From NCBI GenBank assembly GCA_003249955.1, contig QKHS01000042.1, forward strand, positions 7,889-71,888: a stretch of 64,000 nt of DNA. The letters are read 5' to 3'. The stretch is from Bacteroidales bacterium (GTDB taxonomy: Bacteria; Bacteroidota; Bacteroidia; Bacteroidales; ML635J-15). Shown piece after piece: positions 48,843-58,790 of this stretch (its first letter is position 1; each line of letters begins with the position of its first letter). The translations under genes and the position numbers were made by a program. The notes beneath the pieces were generated by a model that saw nothing but the letters and a program-made list of their open reading frames with translations, did no database searches and was not told the origin of the DNA.

Positions 48843-50267
48843 ATGAGAATCTTCATTTTAATTCTGTTAATTTCGCTGACAATCGCTAATGCTAACGAAT
48901 TATCTGCTCACAAACGGGCAAAATATAATATAGTAATAGACACTGACGGCGGAGTTGATGACTTTAAAGCAATTACCTGTTTTGCGGCATCAAAAGATTT
49001 TAATATAAATTGCATAACCACTGTTGACGGGGTTCTCGATCCTGAGACCGGAGCAGAATACATAAGCAAAACCCTTCAAATTTATCACCACGAAGGAATT
49101 CCGGTAGGCGCCGGATCAGATTATAAATCCTCTAAGAAATATGCAAAACATGCAAGCCTTTATTGGAAAAATTTATTTCCTGAAAGTGATAAAAAAGATT
49201 TCAGAGATGCTGTGGAATTACTTGATTTTTCGATAAAAAACGAAAAAAAGAGAACAATTATCATTGCAGCAGGACCATTATCAAACATTGCAGAAATGCT
49301 CGAAAAACATCCCGAAAATGCCGCAAAAACAGAAATGATTTTATGGTATTCAGAATGGTCAACAAAACCGGAGGGATACAATTATGAACAGAATAAAGAC
49401 GCATACGATAAAATAATTGAAAGCAAGGTTCCGCTGAAAATAATTTCAGGAAACGGGATGAGTTATCCCGATGATTTTCTTGGGATCTGTAAAGAAATAA
49501 ATTCTGTCTATTCACAAACCATGTTCAGGTTTCTTTCATCTCAGAATAATGATAAAATATGGCTCTGGGACGAAATGCTGTCCTTATACCTGCTTTATCC
49601 TACATTATTTGATGAAGAACCGGTTGCAGAATATTGCAGAAAAGTAACTCCAAAAGCCGACAGTTATTTTGACATATTAATTACAGGAATCCTTAACAGC
49701 GACAAGCCAGAGCCCGGAGTTGTGTTTAATGAAATCCCCAGCTCAGGTTATATGTTAATTAACGATGTAAATGATGTAGCTGCTGAACTAATTGCAAATC
49801 ACGGTTATACAGAATTCAAAATTACATCTTTGGCCTCAGAAATACATTCTCACATGGGAATTTATTCAATTTTGGGAGCAAAAACCGGATTACGGATAAT
49901 GGAATACCTTCATGCCGGACTCGATGAAATCGAGATTATTTCATATGCCGGATTTGATCCTCCTGTTAGTTGTTTTAATGACGGGTTACAGGTAGGAACA
50001 GGTTCTACAATAGGATACGGAACCATATCGGTCGATACTACCCAAGGTATTAAACCTGCTGTTTTGGTAAAGTATAACGGGCGTGAAATTTTATTTTCTC
50101 TAAAGCCTGAGCTTATTGCAAAAATACGTAAAGATGTAGGTGAACTTATCAAAACCTACGGACTTGAAAGCGAATTATACTGGAAAAAGCTAAGAGAAAT
50201 ATCAATATCAGAATACTGGCTTAAAATGAGCAGATATGAAATTCTGGATATAACCGTGATTAAATAA
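48843..50267 (+). CDS. exported nucleoside hydrolase fused to a C-terminal FmdE-like domain
   Basis: Signal peptide, DTDGGVDD (DxDxxxDD), GPLSNIA, WLWD; C-terminal EIHSHMG...SCFNDGLQVGTGSTIG. Confidence 0.8.
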   Translation: MRIFILILLISLTIANANELSAHKRAKYNIVIDTDGGVDDFKAITCFAASKDFNINCITTVDGVLDPETGAEYISKTLQIYHHEGIPVGAGSDYKSSKKYAKHASLYWKNLFPESDKKDFRDAVELLDFSIKNEKKRTIIIAAGPLSNIAEMLEKHPENAAKTEMILWYSEWSTKPEGYNYEQNKDAYDKIIESKVPLKIISGNGMSYPDDFLGICKEINSVYSQTMFRFLSSQNNDKIWLWDEMLSLYLLYPTLFDEEPVAEYCRKVTPKADSYFDILITGILNSDKPEPGVVFNEIPSSGYMLINDVNDVAAELIANHGYTEFKITSLASEIHSHMGIYSILGAKTGLRIMEYLHAGLDEIEIISYAGFDPPVSCFNDGLQVGTGSTIGYGTISVDTTQGIKPAVLVKYNGREILFSLKPELIAKIRKDVGELIKTYGLESELYWKKLREISISEYWLKMSRYEILDITVIK

Positions 50268-50324
50268 ATATAATTCAGCGATCTGTTCTTCAGAGTGATT
50301 AAAATGCGAAAATAATTTCTGAAA

Positions 50325-52247
50325 TTACTCAGTGATCACAATCTTCTCAAAAGTAGTTTTCCCCTCTCCCGTTAGTTTTAACGTGTAAATTCCTTTGGCA
50401 AAATCTGATAAATCTGCCGGATATGTATTTCCGTCAAAATAAAATTCCCCGGATTTTTTACCTTCTGCATTAAAAATCTCAACATAATAAGAGCCGGATT
50501 TTTCAGTCATAATATTAAATCTGCCATCAGAAGGATTAGGAAATATCTTTGCGGGATCTGTATATATCTCCTTATCCGAAGATTGAATGATGGAGATATC
50601 TGCTAATACTGCCGACGATGGATTTACTATCACATTAACAACGTTACCTTCAACCGGGATATGATATGTGCAGTAATTTGCATTAACCGGCTGTCTTGTC
50701 ACAAAATATGTGTCATCATCATAAACAATTTTGAATTCCATAGGAATTGTAAACAACTCTGTTACGGCAGAAGTCGTCTGATTCATTTCTATACTGACTT
50801 CATTTCCGGACTGCCACCAGACAACTGAATAAGTAGGAAATCCTTCACCGTAATACCATTCTTCAAAAAACGGATCAAAATCAATACCTGTCTGAGTTTC
50901 GAGAACTGCTTTAAGATCTTCTGCGGTAGCTGTAGAGTTGCCATACTCACTTAAAAATTCCCGTAAAACAGAAAAGAACGATTCGTCATTATCAATCATG
51001 TATCTTATCATATGAACCAGGCATGCTCCTTTTCTGTATGTTAATCTGTAATTAAATACCCTGCCTACATTGCTTAATTCTTCAAACGGTACATATACGG
51101 AACCTGTAGGTGCTTCTTTGGCCAAAGCCTGACAACCATTAAGCCAGCCAAGTTCATAACCATCCGGATGCAAATAATCTTCCGACATATATTCCCCGTA
51201 ACTTGCAAAACCTTCATTAATCCAGATATCCTGCCAGTTTGCACAGGTAAGATAATCTCCGAACCATGAATGTGCCAGTTCGTGAGTAACAAGAGTAAAG
51301 TCAAAACTCCCCAAAGTTGTCATTGTCTGGTGTTCCATTCCTCCACCCAAAGGTACTATGCAATGCCCGTATTTTTCCATATGGTGAGGGAATAGTCCCC
51401 AATGATCAGAATACATTACAAGCATGTCTTCTGTTCTGTTAATATTTGCAATATAAGTATCCAGATAAGTTGAATTATCAGGAATGAAATTCTGAACAAG
51501 AACCTGAGTTGAAAAATTCGGGATGTCTGCATTAAAAGAATAATCCTGATACTCACCTATAGCTACTGAAATAAGATAAAAATCTATAGGATACGAAGAT
51601 TGCCATTCCATCCTTTTTTCCCCGCCTCCAACATTTATCTCGTTTACCAAAAGACCGTTTGATCCGGCTTTAAGGTTTTCGGGAATAGTTACGTAACAAT
51701 ATGATGAGTCCGCTTTATCGGACAACACCTGCTTGCATGGAAACCAGTACTTTGCAGCATAAGGTTCTGACAGCGAATATGTAAAATCGTAATTCCCGGT
51801 GCCATACCATTCAGATTCGTTGAACATTCCGTCCGAAGGTGTACCATGGTAAAAAATCTGCGCCGACACATCATAATCAGCATTATAATCAGATAAATGT
51901 GAATAATCCACTACTATAATATCGGAAGAATGTGTAAATGATTTGATTTCTCCGTTTATCTTAACAGAATCAACAGTCATATCTGATTTAAGATCGAAGA
52001 CCAGTTCATTACTATACTCAGGCAAAAGATTGAGATCTATTATGACACTTCCTGACACATCTACAGAAGCGTTATCCATTGTAATATTCAGGAAATAAAA
52101 ACCCACATCATAATAATCCAGTCTGGGGTCATTCTCCTGATCCCCGGCTTTACTGAATTTGTATGAATGTTTAAAAAAATCGTACTCCTGAGAATAAGAT
52201 AATAAACACACTACTGATAACAAAATCAGAATCGCAATCTTTTTCAT
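50325..52247 (-). CDS. M1 family aminopeptidase with T9SS C-terminal domain
   Basis: Signal peptide, GGMEH, HELAH...WINEG, YRKGA, CTD IFPNPSDG...KGIYTLKL. Confidence 0.92.
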   Translation of the reverse strand: MKKIAILILLSVVCLLSYSQEYDFFKHSYKFSKAGDQENDPRLDYYDVGFYFLNITMDNASVDVSGSVIIDLNLLPEYSNELVFDLKSDMTVDSVKINGEIKSFTHSSDIIVVDYSHLSDYNADYDVSAQIFYHGTPSDGMFNESEWYGTGNYDFTYSLSEPYAAKYWFPCKQVLSDKADSSYCYVTIPENLKAGSNGLLVNEINVGGGEKRMEWQSSYPIDFYLISVAIGEYQDYSFNADIPNFSTQVLVQNFIPDNSTYLDTYIANINRTEDMLVMYSDHWGLFPHHMEKYGHCIVPLGGGMEHQTMTTLGSFDFTLVTHELAHSWFGDYLTCANWQDIWINEGFASYGEYMSEDYLHPDGYELGWLNGCQALAKEAPTGSVYVPFEELSNVGRVFNYRLTYRKGACLVHMIRYMIDNDESFFSVLREFLSEYGNSTATAEDLKAVLETQTGIDFDPFFEEWYYGEGFPTYSVVWWQSGNEVSIEMNQTTSAVTELFTIPMEFKIVYDDDTYFVTRQPVNANYCTYHIPVEGNVVNVIVNPSSAVLADISIIQSSDKEIYTDPAKIFPNPSDGRFNIMTEKSGSYYVEIFNAEGKKSGEFYFDGNTYPADLSDFAKGIYTLKLTGEGKTTFEKIVITE

Positions 52248-52260
52248 ATGTGTACAGTTT

Positions 52261-52956
52261 TTAGGTAATTAAGCCTTTATCGTCAATCCATTTAATAGCT
52301 TCACGTTTACTTAAAGTTTTAAGCGAAGTATTTTGAATAATAAAATTTAAAACCCATCTGTAATCTGTTTTTGAATATTCTCTGAGAGACCAGCCTATTG
52401 CTTTCTGAATAAAGAAATCATTTTGTGCGGCATTCTCAAGTATGTGTCTGGTAAGAATTTCCGTGTTGGTATTCTTCTTGTAAGAAAGCTGATATATAAT
52501 CGAAACTCTCTTAAGCCATACATTACGTGACTGACTCCATGAATCAGTCATAGCAACAGCAAGATTCGGGTATTTAAGGAAAAACGGGGAAATAATCTTA
52601 CTGCTTATAAGATCAACACTGTCCCACCATGATTTTGTGAGAATCAGACTTTCAAAATAAACAATATCGGTAGGAGACCATTTGCGTTTGTGCTTCAAAA
52701 GCATCTGAACAGCAAAATAATGGTATTCTCTTTCCGGCAGATTGAATAATTCTTTAACCAGAATTTTAGTCTCGTCATATGCAGGAATAGGAAAAGTGTT
52801 AAAGAATATCTTAAACAAATCTTTTCTTCGCGGAGCCGTAATCCCCAAAAACGGGAAATTATACTTCATATACTTAGACATTGCTTCCGCATCTTCTGCA
52901 TTATGATGTTTTTCAAAAAAAACCTTTACTTTTTTTACATAATCCGACAATAACAT
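52261..52956 (-). CDS. DNA alkylation repair protein (AlkD-like HEAT-repeat glycosylase)
   Basis: MSKYMK, FLGITAP, EREYHY, SWWDSVD, FFIQKAIGWSLREYSK. Confidence 0.9.
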   Translation of the reverse strand: MLLSDYVKKVKVFFEKHHNAEDAEAMSKYMKYNFPFLGITAPRRKDLFKIFFNTFPIPAYDETKILVKELFNLPEREYHYFAVQMLLKHKRKWSPTDIVYFESLILTKSWWDSVDLISSKIISPFFLKYPNLAVAMTDSWSQSRNVWLKRVSIIYQLSYKKNTNTEILTRHILENAAQNDFFIQKAIGWSLREYSKTDYRWVLNFIIQNTSLKTLSKREAIKWIDDKGLIT

Positions 52957-53122
52957 ATCCGAAATTTTTTTACTTATAAATGATAATTACTCAAACCAAT
53001 TTTTATCCTCACACAAAAATACTTAAATAAAAGCTTATTTCAAAAATAAAAAGTATAATAACTCAAAATAATGCAATATTTTATATCAGTATTTTGTAAA
53101 TTGCGGATAAATACGTACTTTT

Positions 53123-54262
53123 ATGTTCGTATTTTTTTTGCTTATGAAAGATAAACCTGGGATTTTGAGTTTTTTGTTTTTGTGGCCGGCAACTTTTTTG
53201 TACAGAATTGTTGTTTCATTGCGTAATTTTCTTTATGAAAACAATATTTTTAAGACAAAAGAGTATAACATGCCTATTATTTCAATAGGGAATATAAGTG
53301 TCGGAGGAACAGGAAAGACTCCGCATACTGAATTTATATTAAGGATGCTTAAAGATGAATTTAAGGTTGCTACCCTGAGCAGAGGTTACAAACGTAAAAC
53401 AAAAGGATTCCGTATTGTAGAAACAACCGACTCGCATTTTGACTCAGGAGACGAACCTTTACAGATTAAGCAAAAATTTCCGGATGTGATAGTATCTGTT
53501 TGTGAAAGCAGAACAGAAGGAGTAGAAAAATTAAGGGATCTTTATCCCGACTTAAACCTTATTATTCTTGATGATGCTTTTCAACACAGAAAAATAACCC
53601 CGGGACTTTCAATTTTACTCAACAACTATAACCATCCCATTGCCAGCGATTATCTTTTACCTTTGGGCAGACTACGCGAACCACGTTCGGCAAGCCACAG
53701 GGCACATATTGTTATTTACAGCAAATGCCCGGAAAACTTAAAACCTATTGAACGAAGAATATTAAGTAAGGAAGTTGATATAATGCCATATCAATATTTG
53801 TTCTTTTCTACCTTAAAGTATCTTGATTTAAAACCTGTTTTCGAAAATAAAAACGAGAGCATAAGTACTGAAAATTTAAAAGAATTTAACGTAGTTGCTC
53901 TTACAGGAATTGCCAGATCCGGCAATCTTACAGAGTTTCTTGAGAAACACTGCAAGTCCGTAAGCCATCTTAAATACCCTGATCATTATAATTTTAACCG
54001 GAAAGATATAGCCGGGATACAGAAAATTTTCGCAGAAACAAGCGGGAATAAAATAATTATTGTTACAGAAAAAGATGCTGTGCGTCTAAAAAGCGATAAT
54101 TTATTCGACGACGAATTTAAAAAATATGTATATTGCATCCCTATTGAGGTTGAATTACTTTGTAGCGACGAGGAAAGAAAACATTTTGATAATCAAATAT
54201 TTAGCTATGTCAGAAATAATAAAAGATACAGTAAGCTTTATAAAAACGCGTATTCAGGATGA
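53123..54262 (+). CDS. lpxK: tetraacyldisaccharide 4'-kinase
   Basis: SIGNISVGGTGKTP, LSRGYKR, GDEP, LDDAFQH, PLGRLRE, TEKDAVRL; start may be ATG 53144. Confidence 0.95.
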   Translation: MFVFFLLMKDKPGILSFLFLWPATFLYRIVVSLRNFLYENNIFKTKEYNMPIISIGNISVGGTGKTPHTEFILRMLKDEFKVATLSRGYKRKTKGFRIVETTDSHFDSGDEPLQIKQKFPDVIVSVCESRTEGVEKLRDLYPDLNLIILDDAFQHRKITPGLSILLNNYNHPIASDYLLPLGRLREPRSASHRAHIVIYSKCPENLKPIERRILSKEVDIMPYQYLFFSTLKYLDLKPVFENKNESISTENLKEFNVVALTGIARSGNLTEFLEKHCKSVSHLKYPDHYNFNRKDIAGIQKIFAETSGNKIIIVTEKDAVRLKSDNLFDDEFKKYVYCIPIEVELLCSDEERKHFDNQIFSYVRNNKRYSKLYKNAYSG

Positions 54263-55016
54263 GCCTGAAGTAGGGATAATTTTAGGAACCGGACTCGGTG
54301 GATTGGTTCGTGAAATTGACATTAAAGTAAGTATTCCGTATAATGAGATTCCGAATTTTCCGGTATCAACTGTCGAAGGTCACAGCGGAAAGCTTATATT
54401 TGGTAAGCTTGGAGGTAAAAATGTTGTTGCCATGCAGGGCAGATTTCATTATTATGAAGGATATCCCATGTCTCAGGTGATTTTTCCCGTAAGAGTTATG
54501 AAATATCTGGGAATTAATACTTTATTCGTATCAAACGCAAGCGGTGGAGTTAACCCTGATTTCGAAATCGGCGATCTTATGATTATTACAGATCATATTT
54601 GCCTTGTTCCTAATCCTTTAATCGGGAAACATAATCCTGAGTTTGGAGCCAGATTCCCCGATATGAGTGATGCTTATGATAAAAAACTGGTTGCCAAAGC
54701 AAAAGAAATCGCAAAGGAATCGGGGATTAAAGTCCGGGAAGGAGTATATACTGCCACTACAGGGCCTACTTTCGAAACACCTTCAGAATATAAATATTTC
54801 CGTATTATTGGGTCCGACACGGTAGGGATGTCAACAGTTCCTGAAGTAATAGCCGCACGTCAGATGGGAATTCCGTGTTTTGCCATGTCTATAATAACAG
54901 ATTTGGGGGTTCCCGGAAAAATTGTTGAAGTAACCCACGAAGAAGTACAAAAAGTTGCAGCAGCAGCAGAAATAAAAATGACTAAAATTTTCACCAAAAT
55001 GCTGGAAAACCTATAG
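54207..55016 (+). CDS. purine-nucleoside phosphorylase (trimeric type)
   Basis: IILGTGLG, GRFHYYEG, GPTFETPSE, VGMSTVPE; ATG 54207 overlaps the lpxK end. Confidence 0.95.
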   Translation: MSEIIKDTVSFIKTRIQDEPEVGIILGTGLGGLVREIDIKVSIPYNEIPNFPVSTVEGHSGKLIFGKLGGKNVVAMQGRFHYYEGYPMSQVIFPVRVMKYLGINTLFVSNASGGVNPDFEIGDLMIITDHICLVPNPLIGKHNPEFGARFPDMSDAYDKKLVAKAKEIAKESGIKVREGVYTATTGPTFETPSEYKYFRIIGSDTVGMSTVPEVIAARQMGIPCFAMSIITDLGVPGKIVEVTHEEVQKVAAAAEIKMTKIFTKMLENL

Positions 55017-55032
55017 AACCGGAAAACTTATA

Positions 55033-55074
55033 AAACAAAAGAGGGATTTGACAAATCAAATCCCTCTTTTGTTT
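55033..55074. terminator. bidirectional intrinsic terminator
   Basis: Perfect 19-bp inverted repeat AAACAAAAGAGGGATTTGA-CAAA-TCAAATCCCTCTTTTGTTT between convergent genes. Confidence 0.9.
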
Positions 55075-56380
55075 ATTCTTCAACTGCCGATTTAATTATC
55101 GTCTCATATACTTTTTCCCAACCATCCCATTTTCCGTATCCTGATAATGATTCGTTGTGCCATAATGTTATAAGAGTTCCTCCATATTTCTGAGTATAAT
55201 TTACAATCCCAAGGCATTGGGTTGTAGCTTCTTCTTTAGTAAGATTCTGATATTTTGCCAGACCTGCATCCATAATCATTGTCGGATAAAGCCAAAAGTC
55301 TGTCTTTACATTTGTCTTAAGGTTAAAAAACGGAACCGGAACAGTTATCCCCATTCTGAAACCTGGCATATCAGGATAAACCATTGAGAAATCTCTTTTT
55401 ATACCTTCAACAATTAAATCTTCGTAAGTGTAAGGAAATCTTACAAACAGATAATGCTGACGGGAAGAAAAAATTTCCTGTCCCGTAATTTTTTTCAGAA
55501 TTCTAAGCTCCTTATTCCATATCTTCGGATGATTATTCCCCCTGTATGAGTTATGAATACCTATTGTATAATTCTTAACCAGTTCTGCAATAAGCTTTTT
55601 CACTGTTGTCCTTGAAGGAGAAATATTTCTGTCAAGATTCCCGAATCGTCCCACTAAGAAAAAATAGTAAGGAGACAATTCGTATTTAGTATGCAAGTCA
55701 TTTATTTTGTCAAAACAAAACCACGGATCTTCTTCTTTTCCGGTAACTACCCTGATGCGTTTTTTTACTGCATCAAAATCTTTTTTAAACAGATCTCTTA
55801 CAGCACCACCCATTCCGCGGAAAAAGCCTTTTGACTTATACATAAAAACACTGTCCACATCAATAGTAGGGATGTATTTAAAACCCGGTTTATCAAAAAT
55901 CAGGTCGGGGTATAGTAACTTAAGCTCTTCAAGAAAAATCTCAGTCCAGATATTTACCGCCGGTTTCTGTAAAATTCCGATCTTCCTTGCTATGCTCATT
56001 TCGGAGGTAAACCTTGTTAATGCATCTTTAGCAAAATGACCGTACTCTTCCATACGTGTCACATGCCAGAAAGTAGCAGCAAACAAATCGAATTTCGGCA
56101 ACATAAATGACTCTGTCGGAAATAAAACAGTCATATTACTTATAATTGTCCTTCCCGGAGAGTTGATAATAATTTTTTCATCCGTCATCATTGCATCTGC
56201 AATAATTCCAGGTTTCCCTGAAACTTTCTCCTGAGCATACCACAGACACGGATCATCAGACTTTTCAAACTCAAACAAATCTGTAGTAATGCGATACTCC
56301 AGTTTAAAAGCATGCTTAAAACAAACTTCAACCGCATATTCTATCCTGGAATTAAGTTTTGGCGTATAAATAAGAAGCAT
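55073..56380 (-). CDS. polysaccharide deacetylase-like protein
   Basis: PTIDVD, IGIHNSY, SRQHYL, GFRMG, LWHNE resemble a NodB-like barrel. Confidence 0.75.
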   Translation of the reverse strand: MLLIYTPKLNSRIEYAVEVCFKHAFKLEYRITTDLFEFEKSDDPCLWYAQEKVSGKPGIIADAMMTDEKIIINSPGRTIISNMTVLFPTESFMLPKFDLFAATFWHVTRMEEYGHFAKDALTRFTSEMSIARKIGILQKPAVNIWTEIFLEELKLLYPDLIFDKPGFKYIPTIDVDSVFMYKSKGFFRGMGGAVRDLFKKDFDAVKKRIRVVTGKEEDPWFCFDKINDLHTKYELSPYYFFLVGRFGNLDRNISPSRTTVKKLIAELVKNYTIGIHNSYRGNNHPKIWNKELRILKKITGQEIFSSRQHYLFVRFPYTYEDLIVEGIKRDFSMVYPDMPGFRMGITVPVPFFNLKTNVKTDFWLYPTMIMDAGLAKYQNLTKEEATTQCLGIVNYTQKYGGTLITLWHNESLSGYGKWDGWEKVYETIIKSAVEE

Positions 56381-56407
56381 AAAAATTGTTTTAAATCATA
56401 ACATGTT

Positions 56408-57796
56408 TCAGTTCATTATGTTTTCTACTTCTTCAACCGAAATAGGGATACGTTTTTCTCCTAAAATTCTTGAACCTGTTTCTGTTATAAGAATATCATC
56501 TTCCAGTCTTATCCCGCCAAAATCACGATATTCTTCCACTTTTGCATAATTTATATATTCGGCAAATTTGTTTTCTTTCTTCCAGATATCTATAAGTTCG
56601 GGGATAAAATAAATACCCGGCTCATTGGTTAACACAAACCCAGGTTCCAGTTCCCGGCCCAATCTTAAAAAGGCTGTTCCGAAAATTGAACTTGGCTGTA
56701 TTTTCTCATCATATCCTACGTTTATTTGTCCCAGATCTTCCATATCATGAACATCAAGTCCCATCATATGTCCCAGACCGTGAGGCATAAACAGTGCGTG
56801 TGCTCCCAGTTGCACCGCTTCTTTAACATTTCCTTTCATAAGTCCCAGATCTTTAAGCCCGTTTGCAAGGATCTCACAAGCACTTAAATGAACATCCAGA
56901 TATGTTACACCAGGCTTCATAAGTTTGATTGACCCATTTATAGCCCCAAGAACACAGTTATAAATTTCTTTTTGTTTCTGGCTGAATCTGCCGCCAACAG
57001 GAACAGTTCTGGTATTGTCAGAAGCATAAAACATCGGAGTTTGTGCACCTGCATCCTGTAACATAAGATCTCCGGTTTTTAACACATTACCATGTTCATG
57101 GTTATGCAAAGTCTGTCCGTTTTTGGTAAGTATTATAGGAAAAGAAGGAACGGCTCCGTATGAAAGACTTATTCCTTCCATCATACCGGCAATTTCTCTT
57201 TCGACCATGCCAGGTTTTACCATTTTCATAGCGGCAGTATGCATTAAATACCCTATTTCGCAAGCTCTTTCAATTTCTTCAATTTCTACCTGTTCTTTTA
57301 CATTTCTAAGTTTTACAACTGCTTTTATAAAATCCAAAGAAGCAGAAGACTTCATATCTGCAAATTTAATCCCCAGGAGCTCATTAAGAAGAATCATATT
57401 ATCATGCTTGTAAGGCGGTAAAAAATGTATTTTTCTGCCTTTTTTAACAGCTTCTGCCAGATAATCTGCAAGTTTTGCAAAAGGATGTGTTTCATTAACC
57501 AGACATTTTTGTGCAAGATCCTTAACATAAGGTTGCGGCCCCATCCATATTATATCATCTATATCAACATCATTGGCAAAAATAATATCTTTGTCGTTTT
57601 CCGGATCTATTACAGCAGCCATACCCGGCAAATTGAGCCCGTAGAAATATAAAAACGTAGAATCCTGACGAAAATGATAAGCATTTGCAGGATAATTCAT
57701 AGGAGTCTCATTGTTTCCTAAAAACAGATATACTCCTTGTCCTAACATCTTTTTTAAATTCTCTCTTCTCGATTTATAAACTTCCGGTTTAAACAT
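56408..57796 (-). CDS. Xaa-Pro aminopeptidase (M24 family)
   Basis: FRQDSTFLY, DAGA...SDNTRT, HGLGHMMGLDVHD, TNEPGIYF, GIRLEDD. Confidence 0.95.
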   Translation of the reverse strand: MFKPEVYKSRRENLKKMLGQGVYLFLGNNETPMNYPANAYHFRQDSTFLYFYGLNLPGMAAVIDPENDKDIIFANDVDIDDIIWMGPQPYVKDLAQKCLVNETHPFAKLADYLAEAVKKGRKIHFLPPYKHDNMILLNELLGIKFADMKSSASLDFIKAVVKLRNVKEQVEIEEIERACEIGYLMHTAAMKMVKPGMVEREIAGMMEGISLSYGAVPSFPIILTKNGQTLHNHEHGNVLKTGDLMLQDAGAQTPMFYASDNTRTVPVGGRFSQKQKEIYNCVLGAINGSIKLMKPGVTYLDVHLSACEILANGLKDLGLMKGNVKEAVQLGAHALFMPHGLGHMMGLDVHDMEDLGQINVGYDEKIQPSSIFGTAFLRLGRELEPGFVLTNEPGIYFIPELIDIWKKENKFAEYINYAKVEEYRDFGGIRLEDDILITETGSRILGEKRIPISVEEVENIMN

Positions 57797-57943
57797 AGTC
57801 TTAAATTTTAAAAATTAAAGCATAAAGATAAGCATTATCATTTAAAAATGCAGACATGATTACTTAATTTATTCTTAAATATTTATCATATTGCAGATTA
57901 TCATAAGTCATATTTTCACAACAATGCAGCAATTATATAAAAC

Positions 57944-57972
57944 AAAAAACCCGACGGTGAACACCTATCGGG
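57944..57972 (-). terminator. intrinsic terminator of the small T9SS-domain gene
   Basis: CCCGA-C-GGTG-AA-CACC-TA-TCGGG hairpin with an adjacent A run (U tract on the minus strand). Confidence 0.65.
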
Positions 57973-58001
57973 AAAGAACATTTATAATAATGTTGAGGTA
58001 G

Positions 58002-58373
58002 TTACTTTTTTACGAGCTTTTTTGAATCTACATTCTTACCTTCATATATAAGGCAAACAAAATATACTCCGCTTTGTAAATCATATGCTTCCAGATCTAC
58101 TCTGCCAAGCCCGCCCGAAACAGGAATTGATTTAAGTTTAACTCCGGCAAAGTTATAAACACAAATCTCTGCAATTTTACCCTCAGGAATATTATACCAT
58201 ACTTCAGCATAATCAATAACCGGATTAGGAATAGGGGCAGAAATTTTTAACAATTCCGGATAACCATCCTGAGAATAAAAATATGAATTTACATCAACAG
58301 GATTCGGGCAAAAAGAAAATCCTGCTTTTGCAAACAGAAGTGCGAAAACTGATATGTAAAATATTTTTTTCAT
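58002..58373 (-). CDS. small secreted protein consisting almost only of a T9SS C-terminal domain
   Basis: Signal peptide MKKIFYISVFALLFAKAGFS, then IPNPV...VYNFAG...LQSGVYFV...SKKLVKK. Confidence 0.8.
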   Translation of the reverse strand: MKKIFYISVFALLFAKAGFSFCPNPVDVNSYFYSQDGYPELLKISAPIPNPVIDYAEVWYNIPEGKIAEICVYNFAGVKLKSIPVSGGLGRVDLEAYDLQSGVYFVCLIYEGKNVDSKKLVKK

Positions 58374-58386
58374 CGAATAGTGTTTT

Positions 58387-58401
58387 ACAAAAACCGTTCC
58401 T
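58387..58401 (-). promoter_or_regulatory. sigma-54-like -24/-12 motif
   Basis: Minus strand AGGAAC-GGTTT-TTGT, GG-N10-GT spacing, 13 bp upstream of ATG 58373; deviates from consensus at several positions. Confidence 0.3.
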
Positions 58402-58561
58402 AAAATTAATTCAACTATTTTTTAAATAAAGTTTAATATTTTTTACGGAAAATCCTTAGTTGGGTTTCAAAAATCAAAGTGTTTTTCTAAAAAATCTTAT
58501 TTGTAAAGATCCTAATCAGTGACAAAAAAATTAAAGGAACATATTTTTTAACTCGTCAGAG

Positions 58562-58613
58562 TGGATATAAATTATCAGAACGCAGGTTAATACAACACTA
58601 TAATTTATATCCA
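58562..58613. repeat. perfect 14-bp inverted repeat with 24-bp spacer
   Basis: TGGATATAAATTAT (58562-58575) / ATAATTTATATCCA (58600-58613). Confidence 0.85.
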
Positions 58614-58750
58614 TAACCCCTGGCTTTTAATATTGTGTTTCCAGACATATTCCTGTAAAAACAGTCTATAAAATCGTATTTGAATCTGAATATTTAATAA
58701 CAAATCTTCCTGAGTATTTTAAATGAAGCATTTATGCAATCAGGGCCATG

Positions 58751-58790
58751 CCGGAAAATCCTCCTCAACTCAAGCGCCTTCATTTTCCGG
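58751..58790 (-). terminator. possible hairpin downstream of priA
   Basis: CCGGAAAAT / ATTTTCCGG 9-bp inverted repeat 6 bp after the priA stop; long loop and no clear U tract. Confidence 0.3.

Noticed and set aside
50268-55074. Switch from mostly plus-strand to mostly minus-strand genes as a replication terminus
   Set aside because: No dif site was seen and GC skew cannot be computed here; ordinary operon orientation explains it.
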